Source: Nemertoderma westbladi
Lineage: Eukaryota; Animalia; Xenacoelomorpha
NCBI GenBank assembly: GCA_032718475.1
Contig: JAUCBJ010004412.1
Location: 20,813-84,812 of the forward strand
Reading direction: 5' to 3'
DNA length: 64,000 nucleotides
Numbering within the stretch: position 1 is the stretch's first letter; each line of letters starts with the position of its first letter. A model generated the notes under the pieces. That model had not been told where the DNA came from and did no database searches. It saw only the letters and a list, made by a program, of their open reading frames with translations. The position numbers and the translations under genes were made by a program. This document shows positions 35,901-48,205 of this stretch, piece by piece.

Positions 35901-38699
35901 TGGATTTCGACTGACGAAATTCACCAGCAACTCCGGTGAGTTTCTGGAAGCGATACCGGTAGAAGACCGAGGAGCGAAAGACCTAGACTTAATAAAGGAC
36001 GATCTTCCTGAAACCAAAACGCTTGGCTTGAAGTGGGACACTGAAAGAGACATCCTGTTTTTTCAGCTAAAACAGCGAGATAATCCAGTTCGGACAAAAC
36101 GGATTTGTTTAAGTATCCTGAGCACTTATTTCGACCCATTGGGATTTATTAGCCCAGTTATATTGATTGCTCGGAGTTTAGTACAACAAATGTGGCTTGA
36201 AAACCACTCATGGGACGATCCGCTTAAGGGAGAACTGTTAAAGAAATGGATGAAATGGGAAGATTCTCTACCTGCCATCGAGAACTTTATAATTTCCCGT
36301 GCATATTTTGGTCATGTTCTTCCTACGTATTCCTATCAACTCCATGGGTTTGGAGACGCCAGCGACATGGGAATAGGTATAGTGGCATATCTGCGAGTCG
36401 AAACTCCGGATGGAATCAAAGTCGCCTTGGTTACCTCTAAGGCATTGATTAACAACAAGTTAAAGGTTCCTCGAGCGGAGTTAAAGGCGGTTTTATACGC
36501 TACAGCCATCGGCCGGAACGTAACAGAACAGATCGACTATCCACTGGAGAAAACGGTTTATTGGACCGACGCTTTACTCGTGTTGGAGTATCTAACCAAT
36601 GAAGTCTGTCAGTTCAGCGTTTTTGTTACTAACAGGGTAGCTATTATTCTTAGTCGCACAAAGATAGATCAATGGAGACATTGCCCTGGTACGATTAATC
36701 CAGCTGATATCGCCTCCAGGGGAGCAACTCCACAGGAACTGAGAGATACTCCAGACTGGTTGGGTGGACCCGACTTCCTGAGCAAGGAAGAGGATGAATG
36801 GCCTCCTCACCTTACTACGGCGGAGATTAGACAAGCCAAGGGAGCGGAGACAGTCAAACCTAAAACCCGGGCGAGTAAATCGAAGTTATTTAAACCGACT
36901 ATCAATCTATCTGTATTACATGCTTCCGGAAACGATGCTTCGGATCCACAATCCCTCGCCACAAATAAGTCTGTTGCGGAAATTCGAGATAGAGATTGGA
37001 AATCTGGAATACCAGACGTCTCGCAAGGAATCTCACCCCTGCTGCAGAGAGCAATGCATCACTACAGTTCCTGGAATCGGCTCTGTAAAGCCGTCACATA
37101 TTTAAGACGATGTCTTCATCATCACTACTCCAGGACTAAGACCACTAGTGATACCGCTCCATTGACATCTGCGCAAGTTCATGTTATTAAAAATTTACCC
37201 AAATACAAGACATCTGACCGTTTTCTAAAGGAGAAAATTAGTCACCAGGAGCATGAAGAAACCAATAAGCAGATACTGAGACTCCTGCAATGCTATGAGA
37301 ATTCCGAAAAGTATTTCCTGTTGTTGAGAAATCCGCAGATGCGCTTAAGGGATCGATTCTCTAGCACAATGATAGATAGGTTAATACGTGTTGGAGGAAG
37401 GCTCACCAATGCGCCCTTATCCTTTGACACTAAATTCCCCATACTCATTAGAAATCTTGAAGTACAAATCAAGATGATTGTAGATGTTCACAGTAAACTT
37501 TATCATGCTGGTAGAGAACGAGTTCTTAGCGAAATTCGAACTCGCTATTATTTTGATAAACCCCGTAGAGCTCTGAACCAAGTTCTTAGGAACTGCATAC
37601 CCTGTAGGAAAGCATTCAGTAGGCCTTTAACACAGCGAGAGGCAGAATTACCTAGGGAACGAGTAAGCTTCTATGAACCACCTTTTACTAATACTGGTGT
37701 AGATTTATTTGGCCCTATTGAAGTATATCGTGCTAGGACTATAGTCAAGAGATGGTGTGTCATCTTCGTGTGCATGACTTGTAGAGCCATCCATCTCGAT
37801 ATGGTGAACGATCTATCTACCAACAGCTTCGTCTTAAGTCTACGCCGACAGATCGCTCGCTTCGGGACGAGTAATACCATGAGATCGGATAAGGGAACGA
37901 ACTTCATTGGTGCCAACAACGAAATACAGGCTTACGTGAAGGACTGGAACCAAAGACAGGTGGACGACCAGCTAAGGATAACAGCGTCTAGCTGGACCTT
38001 CAACGCCGCCGACGCCCCTTGGTGGGGAGGAAGTTGGGAGAGATTAATTCGAAGTGTCAAAACCGCATTTCACTTTATAGTGCCATGCCGCGCGTATCTC
38101 ACCGACGAACTTTTGCGGACGTTAATGGAGGAAATAGCTGCCTATCTCAACGAGAGACCGCTTATGACAGTCTCATCGAGTCCCGATTCCCTGGAAGCGC
38201 TAACACCTGCGCACTTCCTACTGAAGAAACCTGTAGCCATGCTCCCACGATCGGAGATTGCCGACGGAGACGAATACTGCCGTCAAACTTGGCAACTTAT
38301 GCAGTTGCTATCCCGTCGTTTCGCTGACCATTTCGAGAAACATTATCTGCCCACGCTACAACTTCGAACTAAGTGGTTTGCGCAGCAAGAAAACGTCAGC
38401 GCCGGAGATATGGTGCTTATTGTAGATCCAGACCTCCCACGTAAACGGTGGCAGACAGGTCGTATCATCGAGACCCACATCTCGGATGATGGTTTAGTAC
38501 GCTCGTAGAACTCATCGTCATGCGGTGTAACTTCAAGAAGCCAGGCATAATCTTTGAGACGCAACAACTTAATCGCCCAGTTGGTCGTTTATGTTTACTG
38601 GAAAGAGACAGAGAACTCTCCGGAAACTATGGAAGGCAAGACACTCTTCCCAAGACCACCTCCCTAATTCCTCAAACATCTAGGGACTCCCCAACGTGA
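29941..38699 (+). pseudogene. BEL/Pao gag-pol of element B, lacking the gag start and interrupted
   Basis: Same motifs as element A. A ~0.9-kb deletion removes about the first 220 codons; insertion at ~32346-33615; stops at 35647 and 38506. Confidence 0.93.
32346..33615. mobile_element. Unclassified 1.27-kb hairpin-rich insertion in element B gag
   Basis: Absent from element A, where GKDTE-RSYY is contiguous. No convincing TSD or TIR. Boundaries uncertain by 1-2 nt. Confidence 0.7.
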
Positions 38700-39563
38700 T
38701 ACGTCTGGAGTGGGTGTATGACTATATTATTTTATCTATTTTATGATATTTTATATGCGAACATTATTATGTACTTTATTATAATCGTTTTTATTCAATT
38801 TTATTTAGTAGAAGGTTATTTTAGATTATTTGGTAGATTAGTGCAATATATTAGTGTTTATTACGTAATTACATATATAATATATATTTAGTGTGACGGC
38901 GAGAAATAATTTTTTCTCTTTCCTTACTGTCCGTATCATATTATAAATACGTGACTACAGTAAGATGAAATGTCCGTACTTATTAAAGTACAATAAAGCC
39001 ACTACTATATTCAAGTATTATTGGTAGGCAGAGTATTAGGAATGCAAAGTTCAGATCCTCGTGTCTCGGCTAAACCAAGCTCTGGGTAGACCTTGGAAAC
39101 GACTTGCCTCTTCACACTGACATTGCTTTGTGCGATATTGCTCTTCTACCTTATATTAAATAATACATATAGTAGCGTGATGTCCATATAACAGTAGCTG
39201 TTAAACCTTTTGACCATCTGTAATTCTAGTCGATTAAGATATCGCGGCACCCACCGATATACTTGAAAGACCAATTCTAGAATCAGTGGTTAACGTCCCC
39301 AGACAAGCTCTGGAATAAATCGGTGCCCATCTTAAATATTAATTTAATATTTATTAAAATCTGTAAAATTCAGATCCGTTAACAATTCTAGTCTTTTAAG
39401 ATATCGTAGCACTTACCGATACTCTTAAAAAACAAATTTCATAGAATTAAGGATCCTATGTCCCCAGACCTGCTCTGGAATCAAATTGTGTCAATTTTAA
39501 CATCAAATAATAAAATTCATGGGAATAAATTTAAATTCATATTTTAAATGAATTTCATAAATT

Positions 39564-40019
39564 GTGGCTGGCCACGAGAAAAGGGACCTTATGTCGCAAA
39601 ACCTGATTCTGAGATAATCGCGTTTAAAGTTTCCCTCTATTTTTGAACAAATTTAATTGGATTATCAAGTTAGAAATGTATAAAATGATGCGGGAAATTC
39701 AAATTGGTTCTGATATTCAAGATACCTAGGAAAGAACTAATTACAGGAAGCAATATAAGATGTTGCAGTGTTGTATATAACACTGTTTTAGTGTTTTCAT
39801 GTCTGAATTTAGGACTTTAATAAAAGGTACTAATACGGGTAGGTAGGAAAAGAGCTACCCGAATCACCTTCACATAAATCGCTATAACTTTTTTTTGGAA
39901 ATAGATATTGAGACACCGTTTTTTTTGTTAAAATCTCTGTAAAATTCTGCATGTCATAGGCCTAATAACTCCAAATCGACCTCCGGTAACATAAGGTCCC
40001 TTTTCTCGTGGCCAGCCAC
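39564..40019. mobile_element. 456-bp MITE, Sola1-like
   Basis: Perfect 31-bp TIR GTGGCTGGCCACGAGAAAAGGGACCTTATGT with AATT on both flanks; absent at the equivalent site in element A (~13340). Superfamily inferred only from the 4-bp AWWT TSD. Confidence 0.85.
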
Positions 40020-40714
40020 AATTATCGTTTTGTGCAATTTATAACATTCCCAAAATTCCATTAATTAATAGATCATGGGAGCGGAGATTCATCCTATTGA
40101 GTGTATTAGAGTGCGAGAATCTCCAACATATAGTCAAAAGCCGATAAAATTAATAAAATCATGCATAAAGAGAATATTGACAATTAAAGAATTATTATTA
40201 AATAGCATCCCAGATCTGTATGCATGAGAATTACCCTAATTCTACCGCTAGCATTCCATAATGTCACCATAGCAACACCCACGCTAGAATTAGAAGCAAG
40301 TTAAGAGAACAATAGAAAGCTTGTCCCATTGCGTAGCATAGCGCCAGCCGGTTTAGGCCCTGCCCGTCTATCTGCCATCCCTGGTACTGACGGCACTGCC
40401 AACTACCAGATAGAAGTATAGGTCTGTCTGTGTAGTACTGGTACAGCAGAACGTGTTGCGTACCGATGACCGATCTGTTGTTGTTACTTCTTCTGACTGT
40501 GTTTGCGTTATATATATATCTATGCTTACTCGTGTAATTGATCAATACAGTTAACCCGCTTCACTCACCACATTGTTCCTTACGCTATTGCTTCACTTCT
40601 GGCGTGGTGTCACCGTGTGCTTCGTTTCCCACTCCTCGCCATCTACTACAATAACAGATCCATCCACTCAGCCCTCCTTACGTCACAGACTTACGCTACC
40701 TACTTACCGTTATC

Positions 40715-43700
40715 ATGGCGTTTAACGGCTCACTGAAGCCCCCCAAGCTGGCTCCACTCAATAAATCTGAGACGATCAACTCCTTTGAGGTTTGGCGCCA
40801 CAACATAACGTATTCGCTTGCGCTCCAACCTCAATTTGCGCAGTTTACGGTCCCGGGCACAACCTGGTTGCGCCACACCCGCGCTATACCCTTCCGCGGT
40901 TTTGCCGACGACCCGGACACTGTGGTCCCAGCCGACCGCCGTACTGCCCTTCAAAAGACCACGGCTCTAGATCTTATGCTCGGTCAGATCGCCAATTACG
41001 CCCCCGTTATCGCACATAACTCGATCATTCGAGACTCCACGTCCTTGCCCTCCATATGGCAGGCCATACGCCTCCATTACGGCTTCCAAGCGACTGGAGC
41101 TCATTTCCTCTCCTTCTCCGATATCTCCCTCCTTCACGAGGAGCGCCCCGAAGACCTCTTCCAGCGTTTATCGGCTTTCGTGGACGATAATTTACTCCGA
41201 CGGGACGGTGGAATTTCCCACCACGGAATTCTCCCCGATGACGACGAGGAGCTGTCCCCCTCTCTCGAGAACTTCGTTGTACTCATATGGTTCCGCCTTA
41301 TCCACCCGGATCTCCCTCGATTGGTTCAACAACGGCATGGCACAGAGCTCCGGTCCCGTACGCTGGCCAGTATCAAACCCGAGATCTCCCAGGCTCTGTC
41401 GTCTCTTCTCAACGAGCTCCACACTGCCGCGGAAGTGCGTACCTTCCGTGCCCAGACGCGTCGGACCCCACCTACATCCTCAGGTCTCGGTCCGAGTCCC
41501 ACTGGCCGCGGACTTTCCCGTTCCGTTCGCCGGTGTCCCCTCTGCTCCCAGACTAAACGCACTCCCACCAACCACTTTCTCAGTGCATGCCCATTCCTTC
41601 CCCCTGCTGACAAGCGCTTTATCTCACGTGCCCATCTCGTCTACGTCGATGGCGACAACGACAACGACGCTTTCTATGAACAACCGGATAACGATAACGA
41701 CTCCGTCGCCAGTCCACCTCCCGATCCGACGGTTAATATCGTCGCTGTACGCCCGAGTCCCACCTTTACAGCGCGTTATAAAGGTAAACCCATCCAGGTT
41801 CTCCTCGATTGCGGCGCCGAATCCGACCTCATTTCACACGACGCTGCACTCCGACTCGGCGTTCCGATCTCGCGTGGGTCCCGCCAGATCCCGATCGGGG
41901 CCGACGGTTCCCCTGTTTCAGGTGTAGTTGGGGAGAGTTCCTTCTCCCTCACCCATAACGACCTTCAGTTTAGCTTCCGTGGACTCGTTGTCGACAGCCT
42001 CAACGTTCCCCTACTCGCTGGCGTTCCGTTCCTATCCACCAATGATATTGGTATCCATCCGGCCCAGTCGCTGATTACCTTCGCGGATGGCAGTTCCATC
42101 CGGTACCCCCCGGCAGGTCATCCCCGACCCACTATCCGTCGGACGACGACCCAGATTCTGCTCGCCCCTATACGATCGTCCATTCTTCTCCCCGGCGACG
42201 CCCTCACATTACAGCTTCCAGCCCATCTCTCGGATTCCGACTCTCTCCTTGTGACACCCCATGTGATTAACCAACGGTCGCACGTAACTCCCCCCAAGCC
42301 TTGGTTCCCCCCCATGCAGCTCCAACCCGCAGCCGGTTCCATTACCATTCCAAACTCTGCTCCCTACCCCATCTTCATTCAACGGAACTCCCATGTCTGC
42401 TCCGCCCTACCCACTGCAGCTACCCCCATGAAACAACTTGAACAGTCCTTACCCTGTCCCCAAATCCGCTCTGCTTCCGTTGTCTCCCATGACCCTCCAC
42501 CTATAAAGGCAGTCCAGATCGACCCACAGGGCATCCTCTCTTACCGTGAGCGCGCTGCCTTCCACGATCTACTCGAGGAGTTTTCTGACGTCTTCGATCC
42601 CACGTATCCCGGATACAATGGGTCTGCCGGCCCATTCGAAGCTGTCGTCAACGTTACCCCTACGTTGCCACCTCAACGTAAGGGTCGTGTACCGCAATAC
42701 TCCCGTGACCGACTCGTTGAACTGCAGGAGAAGTTTGACTCTCTCGAGCGGCTTGGCGTCTTCATTCGCCCAGAACTAGCCGGTGTCACCATAGAGTACT
42801 TGAACCCAAGCTTCCTTGTCGCTAAACCCAATGGAGGAACTCGGCTCGTTACGGCGTTCACAGAGATTGCCCAGTATTGTAAGCCCCAACCCGCACTCCT
42901 CCCAGATGTTGAATCCACCATTCGAGCCCTGGGTCGGTTCAAGTTCCTCGTTAAGGCAGACCTCACGAGCGCCTTTTACCAAATCCCACTCCATCGCAAC
43001 TCCATGCGTTTCTGCGGCGTATCCACACCATTTCGTGGTGTCCGTGTCTACTGCCGCTGTGCCATGGGCATGCCCGGCAGCGAAACGGCTCTCGAGGAGT
43101 TGATGTCTCGCGTCCTCGGCGATCTCCTCGTCCAGGGATCCGTCGTCAAACTCGCCGATGATATCTACTGCGGTGGCGATACCATCCCCGAACTCCTCCT
43201 CAATTTCGCCGCCCTCCTCCGCGCCCTACACCTTGCCGGGTTGCGTTTGTCCCCAAAGAAAACCATCATTTGCCCCCAAACTACCACCATCCTTGGTTGG
43301 GTATGGTCTAGCGGTTCCTTATCTGCTTCCCCACATATCACAGCCGCCTTATCCCACTGTCCTACACCATCCACCGTCCGCGACCTACGGTCGTTCCTCG
43401 GTTCCTACAAGGTTCTCTCCCGCGTACTCCCCCGGTGTTCTGCCCTTATCTCTCCGCTCGAGGCCCTCCTTACCCCCAAGGCCGGCGACCCTGTCGCTTG
43501 GACCCCCGATCTCGAGTCTACATTTCGACGATCCCAAGCCGCCCTACAATCCTGCAGGTCAGTAACGATCCCGCGTCCTACTGACGAACTCTTCCTTGTC
43601 ACCGACGCCGCCTCGTCCGTCGATGGTCTAGGTGCAGTCCTCTACGCGAAACGTTCCAAAGAATTACTCATCGCCGGGTTTTATTCCTGCAAGCTCAAGG

Positions 43701-45505
43701 CCCACCAACATACATGGCTTCCTTGCGAGTTGGAGGCACTCGCTATAGCGGCCTCCGTTCAACATTTCCTCCCATATCTTATCGCCTCTTCACGCCAACC
43801 ACACGTTCTCACGGACAGTAAACCCTGTGTCGAGGCATTCAAAAAGTTGTCCCGCGGCGCATATTCGAATAGCCCACGTCTATCGACGTTCCTCGCCAGC
43901 GCCAGCCAGGCCCGTGTCACAGTATCCCACATCAAGGGTTCTACCAACCTCCTGGCAGACTTCCAAAGCCGCAACGTTCGGCCGTGCTCTCTACAGTCAT
44001 GCCAGGTGTGCGCGTTCGTCGCCTCCGCTATAGAGTCGCCTATTGTCCGTCTCGTTGCAAAGTCAACCACCCCCTCCTCCTTACCACACGACAACCATTC
44101 CCCAATGTCCCTCGTTAACACTGTCACTACCCCCCTCCCGAATTGCTTTATCGCTTCCGATAGCCCGAATCCCCGTCCCCTTTACGCCAGTCGTCCTGCG
44201 TGGCTCGCCACACAACGCGAGTGCCCCGACCTAATCCGTGTCGCCGAAAACCTCGCATCCGGCACCCGTCCCTACAGACGCGATACACATAGCCATGATA
44301 TCAAGCGTTACCTGGGCGTATGTTCTCTGTTATCCTCTGGCCTTGTCGTAGTCCATCGACAGCGTCCCTTCACGTCACCCTATGACGTCATCGTCGTTCC
44401 CCGCTCTGCTCTTATTGGCTTACTAACCTCACTACACATCGAACTCCAACACCCTTCGCGTTCCCAGCTGCGTACCACCTTTTCCCGATATTTCTATGCC
44501 CTGGACCTCGACCGCGCTCTCAATGAGATTACCGTGCAATGTCACCAGTGCGTCGCCCTCTCAACTGCCCCCAAGCGTACCGTACCCCAGTCATCCATTG
44601 ATCCTCCCCCCATCGTCGGCCTATCATTCGCTGCCGACGTCCTGCGCCGCCATTCCCAACGTATCCTCCTGTTACGGGAAACTGTATCGTCGTACTCAAA
44701 TGCCGTTATACTTCCGGATGAACAGAGCGATACCCTACGTGATGCCTTAATCACCCTTGCCTTTGGCATGTGCCCCCTTAGTGGCCCCCCGGCTATCATC
44801 CGCACCGACCCAGCCCCAGGGTTCCAAACCCTCGCCAACGACCCAATCCTCCTATCCCACCACCTCCTCCTTGAGATCGGATCCCGCAAGAATGTAAACA
44901 AAAACCCAGTCGCCGAACACGCTATCGGCGAACTACTCACCGAACTCCTCCGACTCCGTCCCACTGGCGGCCCATTCTCATCCACATCTCTCACAATCGC
45001 TGTTGCAAACCTTAACTCTCGTCTACGCTCCCCTGGCCTATCCGCCCGCGAGATTTTATTCCAGCGGGACCAATACACGGGCGAACAGATTCCTCTCGTC
45101 GATACCGAGCTCATAGCCTCCCAACATGAGCGCCGCCTAGCCAACCACACCTCCAGCGCCCGCTCTAAGACCCCCCACCCTATGGTACTCCCAGGATTTA
45201 CCTCCCTCAAGGTGGGCGACCTCGTCCATTTATATGCCGATTCCCCCCGTGCCGGCGCTCGTCCACGATATATCGTCAGCGCTATCGATGACACATTGGG
45301 GGTTCCGTTCGTAAGTTCGCGGGCAGCCAGCTCCGCGCTCACGCATACCGCGTCCGCCAGGCCGATTGTTTCCTTGTACCTCGTCTCCAACCGCCATCCA
45401 CGTCATACACTGAGGATTCTGATTCCGAGACTGATGAGTGTTCCACACTCCACGCTCATGCTACACCCGGCGTGGCACCCCCTGTCGCGTTCCAACCAGC
45501 CCTAG
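40715..45505 (+). CDS. Single gag-pol polyprotein of the Troyka-like element (1596 aa as read; true end probably 45627 after a 1-nt frameshift near 45297)
   Basis: Zn knuckle CPLC..HFLSAC; protease LLDCGA; RT DLTSAFYQIPL and KLADDIY; RNase H LVTDAA, CELEALA and LTDSKP; integrase H..H..CHQC, FAAD, RTDPAPGF and NPVAE. The alternative frame continues SVRKFAGSQLR..RPRRERRPPQYYGFP*. Confidence 0.92.
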   Translation: MAFNGSLKPPKLAPLNKSETINSFEVWRHNITYSLALQPQFAQFTVPGTTWLRHTRAIPFRGFADDPDTVVPADRRTALQKTTALDLMLGQIANYAPVIAHNSIIRDSTSLPSIWQAIRLHYGFQATGAHFLSFSDISLLHEERPEDLFQRLSAFVDDNLLRRDGGISHHGILPDDDEELSPSLENFVVLIWFRLIHPDLPRLVQQRHGTELRSRTLASIKPEISQALSSLLNELHTAAEVRTFRAQTRRTPPTSSGLGPSPTGRGLSRSVRRCPLCSQTKRTPTNHFLSACPFLPPADKRFISRAHLVYVDGDNDNDAFYEQPDNDNDSVASPPPDPTVNIVAVRPSPTFTARYKGKPIQVLLDCGAESDLISHDAALRLGVPISRGSRQIPIGADGSPVSGVVGESSFSLTHNDLQFSFRGLVVDSLNVPLLAGVPFLSTNDIGIHPAQSLITFADGSSIRYPPAGHPRPTIRRTTTQILLAPIRSSILLPGDALTLQLPAHLSDSDSLLVTPHVINQRSHVTPPKPWFPPMQLQPAAGSITIPNSAPYPIFIQRNSHVCSALPTAATPMKQLEQSLPCPQIRSASVVSHDPPPIKAVQIDPQGILSYRERAAFHDLLEEFSDVFDPTYPGYNGSAGPFEAVVNVTPTLPPQRKGRVPQYSRDRLVELQEKFDSLERLGVFIRPELAGVTIEYLNPSFLVAKPNGGTRLVTAFTEIAQYCKPQPALLPDVESTIRALGRFKFLVKADLTSAFYQIPLHRNSMRFCGVSTPFRGVRVYCRCAMGMPGSETALEELMSRVLGDLLVQGSVVKLADDIYCGGDTIPELLLNFAALLRALHLAGLRLSPKKTIICPQTTTILGWVWSSGSLSASPHITAALSHCPTPSTVRDLRSFLGSYKVLSRVLPRCSALISPLEALLTPKAGDPVAWTPDLESTFRRSQAALQSCRSVTIPRPTDELFLVTDAASSVDGLGAVLYAKRSKELLIAGFYSCKLKAHQHTWLPCELEALAIAASVQHFLPYLIASSRQPHVLTDSKPCVEAFKKLSRGAYSNSPRLSTFLASASQARVTVSHIKGSTNLLADFQSRNVRPCSLQSCQVCAFVASAIESPIVRLVAKSTTPSSLPHDNHSPMSLVNTVTTPLPNCFIASDSPNPRPLYASRPAWLATQRECPDLIRVAENLASGTRPYRRDTHSHDIKRYLGVCSLLSSGLVVVHRQRPFTSPYDVIVVPRSALIGLLTSLHIELQHPSRSQLRTTFSRYFYALDLDRALNEITVQCHQCVALSTAPKRTVPQSSIDPPPIVGLSFAADVLRRHSQRILLLRETVSSYSNAVILPDEQSDTLRDALITLAFGMCPLSGPPAIIRTDPAPGFQTLANDPILLSHHLLLEIGSRKNVNKNPVAEHAIGELLTELLRLRPTGGPFSSTSLTIAVANLNSRLRSPGLSAREILFQRDQYTGEQIPLVDTELIASQHERRLANHTSSARSKTPHPMVLPGFTSLKVGDLVHLYADSPRAGARPRYIVSAIDDTLGVPFVSSRAASSALTHTASARPIVSLYLVSNRHPRHTLRILIPRLMSVPHSTLMLHPAWHPLSRSNQP

Positions 45506-45928
45506 AGTCCACCCCACAGTTAGACGACGTCCCTGAGCAGCCATTGCACAGTGCTTCTTCATCTGACCCACCCAACACCCGTCCTCGTAGAGAACGCCGC
45601 CCTCCGCAATACTACGGGTTTCCCTGACGCACCTCCCACGTTCCCGGACAGTTGCACCTTGTCACATGACTCGCCCCAACGCAGCCTGTCTCCAGTTCCA
45701 TTCACAGTTCTGAGTTTGTTCTACTTACATACGTCCTACCCGACTTATAATGGACTCCCAATTCTAAACTAGCTTTCGCCCTACCATTAGGTTGTTTCGT
45801 TGTACCCCACCATAGTTTTGGTCATGCTTTATGTGTTGTCATAAATTCAAATTTATATTTTTAGCGCAATCATTTTTGAGTGATATTTTACCATGTAAAA
45901 TTTACTACTGATTTAGTTGACCTTAATA

Positions 45929-46014
45929 ACCCCTGTAGCTCAGGTGGCAGAGCGCCCGAACCGCAACCTGTCGGTCTCGAGTTCGATCCTTAGGAAAGCC
46001 AACTGTTTTTTTTT
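45929..46014 (+). ncRNA. tRNA-derived Pol III cassette (not a functional tRNA)
   Basis: A box TAGCTCAGGTGG with D stem GCTC/GAGC, B box GAGTTCGATCC, and a T9 terminator at 46006-46014. The acceptor stem does not pair. Confidence 0.6.
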
Positions 46015-46928
46015 GTTACTAAAGTTTTTGTTAGCAGTCTCATAACTCCCTATCTATCTATCTTAGTTATGCGCTTACATATTATTTACGCTAGTTTAAT
46101 TGCTTCGTTTGTATTTTTGAATTTGTTTTCGTTTGTTAAGTACGAGTCCTTTCCTAATTGCGTAATATTCGTTACAAACCGATAGTTTGTGTTGTATACC
46201 GAACAGGAGAAATACCCAGAGGTAAAAAGACAAAAGAAATTGCGCCAGCCGGTTTAGGCCCTGCCCGTCTATCTGCCATCCCTGGTACTGACGGCACTGC
46301 CAACTACCAGATAGAAGTATAGGTCTGTCTGTGTAGTACCGGTACAGCAGAACGTGTTGCGTACCGATGACCGATCTGTTGTTGTTACTTCTTCTGACTG
46401 TGTTTGCGTTATATATATATCTATGCTTACTCGTGTAATTGATCAATACAGTTAACCCGCTTCACTCACCACATTGTTCCTTACGCTATTGCTTCACTTA
46501 TGGCGTAGAGAATACATAGCACACTGTTAGTATCCAAGGATACACAGTAATAACGTGACATTCTGGAAGGCACTGACAAACGGACAAATGGCCTGTATGT
46601 GTACAATTGGTGACAGTTGTGTGGAATTTGTGCGTTTATAGGTGAATGTTACTGCTAAAGTATGTTTACAGTAGCTAGTCGCAATTGTAAAAGTAGCCCA
46701 ACTCTCCTATAGAAAGAACCTAAGTGGATCCAAGCCTTTAGGACGGACAGTGGAGTGACTTGTGCCGGTTATCGTTGTCGTGCTGTTGCTACATGTTGGC
46801 GTAAACACCGCGACGACGGTACATCGGCGCTGAGAATCCCACTGTCCGGGGGCAAAGAGAAGTAGGCAGCGACGCCCGCTCGCCTAAATATAAACTTATT
46901 TTGATATTAATAAACTCAGATAGCAGAT

Positions 46929-47306
46929 ATGACGGAGTTGATAGAAGATGATCTTGGTATTAGGGAGCGATATACTCTACCTTTGCAAGCATTTGTGGAT
47001 AGCTTAATACGCGGTGAAGCCGATCCAACCATTACGGAGGACGATGGTCGTTATATCGAACCGCCGATGTCCCAAGAGCAACTTGCGCGTGAATTGGATT
47101 ATCGAAAATTCACCGCTCGCTATACGAATCGTAATGGTACGTATATGGACTTCTTAACTACCGGCCATCCTATCGATTTACATGACACGGACGATGTAGA
47201 TACAGAGAGGGAAATGGTTCTATTTAAATATCATACCCAGCGGAGTCGTAATGATAAACCGAGAATGGAACACGAGAATTCTATTCGAAAACAACTCGAA
47301 AGATAG
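46929..47306 (+). CDS. 125-aa N-terminal part of BEL ORF3 (element B)
   Basis: Identical to 23579-23956. Confidence 0.55.
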   Translation: MTELIEDDLGIRERYTLPLQAFVDSLIRGEADPTITEDDGRYIEPPMSQEQLARELDYRKFTARYTNRNGTYMDFLTTGHPIDLHDTDDVDTEREMVLFKYHTQRSRNDKPRMEHENSIRKQLER

Positions 47307-48205
47307 AACGTGGAAGAAAGCTTGTAAAGACAAATAGAGGAGAACACTGAAGAAGAGACATGGGTTAATGTCCAGGGTCCATGATGTGAATAGTTTTTCC
47401 CCGGGGCACGGGTGCTCGCGGGCGGTCTCCTTCGGGAGGCTGTAATTTCTCTTCCTTCATCGTTTTCCTGTAATTATTGTGATCAGTGTCATAATTAAAG
47501 GGCAAGAATGAATGATGATGTGACGGAAACATGTCCATTGTGGTATCTTATGGATACTACCATATATCCTCCCTCCTCTTTACTCCCTTTATCCCTCTAT
47601 ACATCGCTATTGAAAATACAACATACTTCGTCCCACCTTCTCTTCCCAATGTGCTCGGAGCTTTGGGAGACGATCGACCAATCATTGCCGTATCGTGGTA
47701 TGGATCATACCGCCTCCTAATAAATCCCCCCACCCCTTACTGTTTATTTGTATGCTCATATTGGTGTCCGCACCTCTTGTCCATGTCACATTCCACATTC
47801 TGTTGATATTTATGATATCAACTTCCACCCTCTCGTTGTTGATTAGAAAATCAACCACCAATAATTTCCTTAAGTCCGCAACCGTGATACAAACAAGGAC
47901 TGAAAGGACACGAGGATAGTTTGTGAACAACTGGTACCATTATGTGTCATAAATCTGGTTGTTCACCTCCCTCAATGATTGGAGATATAAATCTTATGTA
48001 GAACAACTGAGACAAACATATCCTTGAACTGGTGTTTATCTCCTCGCACTAGGGATAAATTTATTTGGAGATAGTCTTCGAACGATTGAATCCTCCAACT
48101 GAGAACTGAGATCGTATTTCTGAATATTTCTGAATACGACATAGGTCTTCCCCTGCTCTCTACCACTACCATCAATGGAAGACATATTAGGCATACAACG
48201 GGAAT

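Larger units (their letters stand above)
40342..46505 (+). mobile_element. Troyka-like Ty3/Gypsy LTR retrotransposon nested in element B
   Basis: 263-bp LTRs at 40342-40604 and 46243-46505 (2 differences) with CGCCA..TGGCG ends. 3-bp TSD TAG at 40339-41 and 46506-08. TGGTGTCA PBS-like motif at 40605; purine tract at 46219-46239. Confidence 0.88.

Noticed and set aside
44542-45390. 282-aa antisense ORF in the Troyka integrase
   Set aside because: Expected shadow ORF of GC-rich coding sequence; no motifs.
45929-46001. Functional tRNA-Cys gene or element-encoded RT primer
   Set aside because: The acceptor and anticodon stems do not form a cloverleaf, and the 3' end does not match the PBS.
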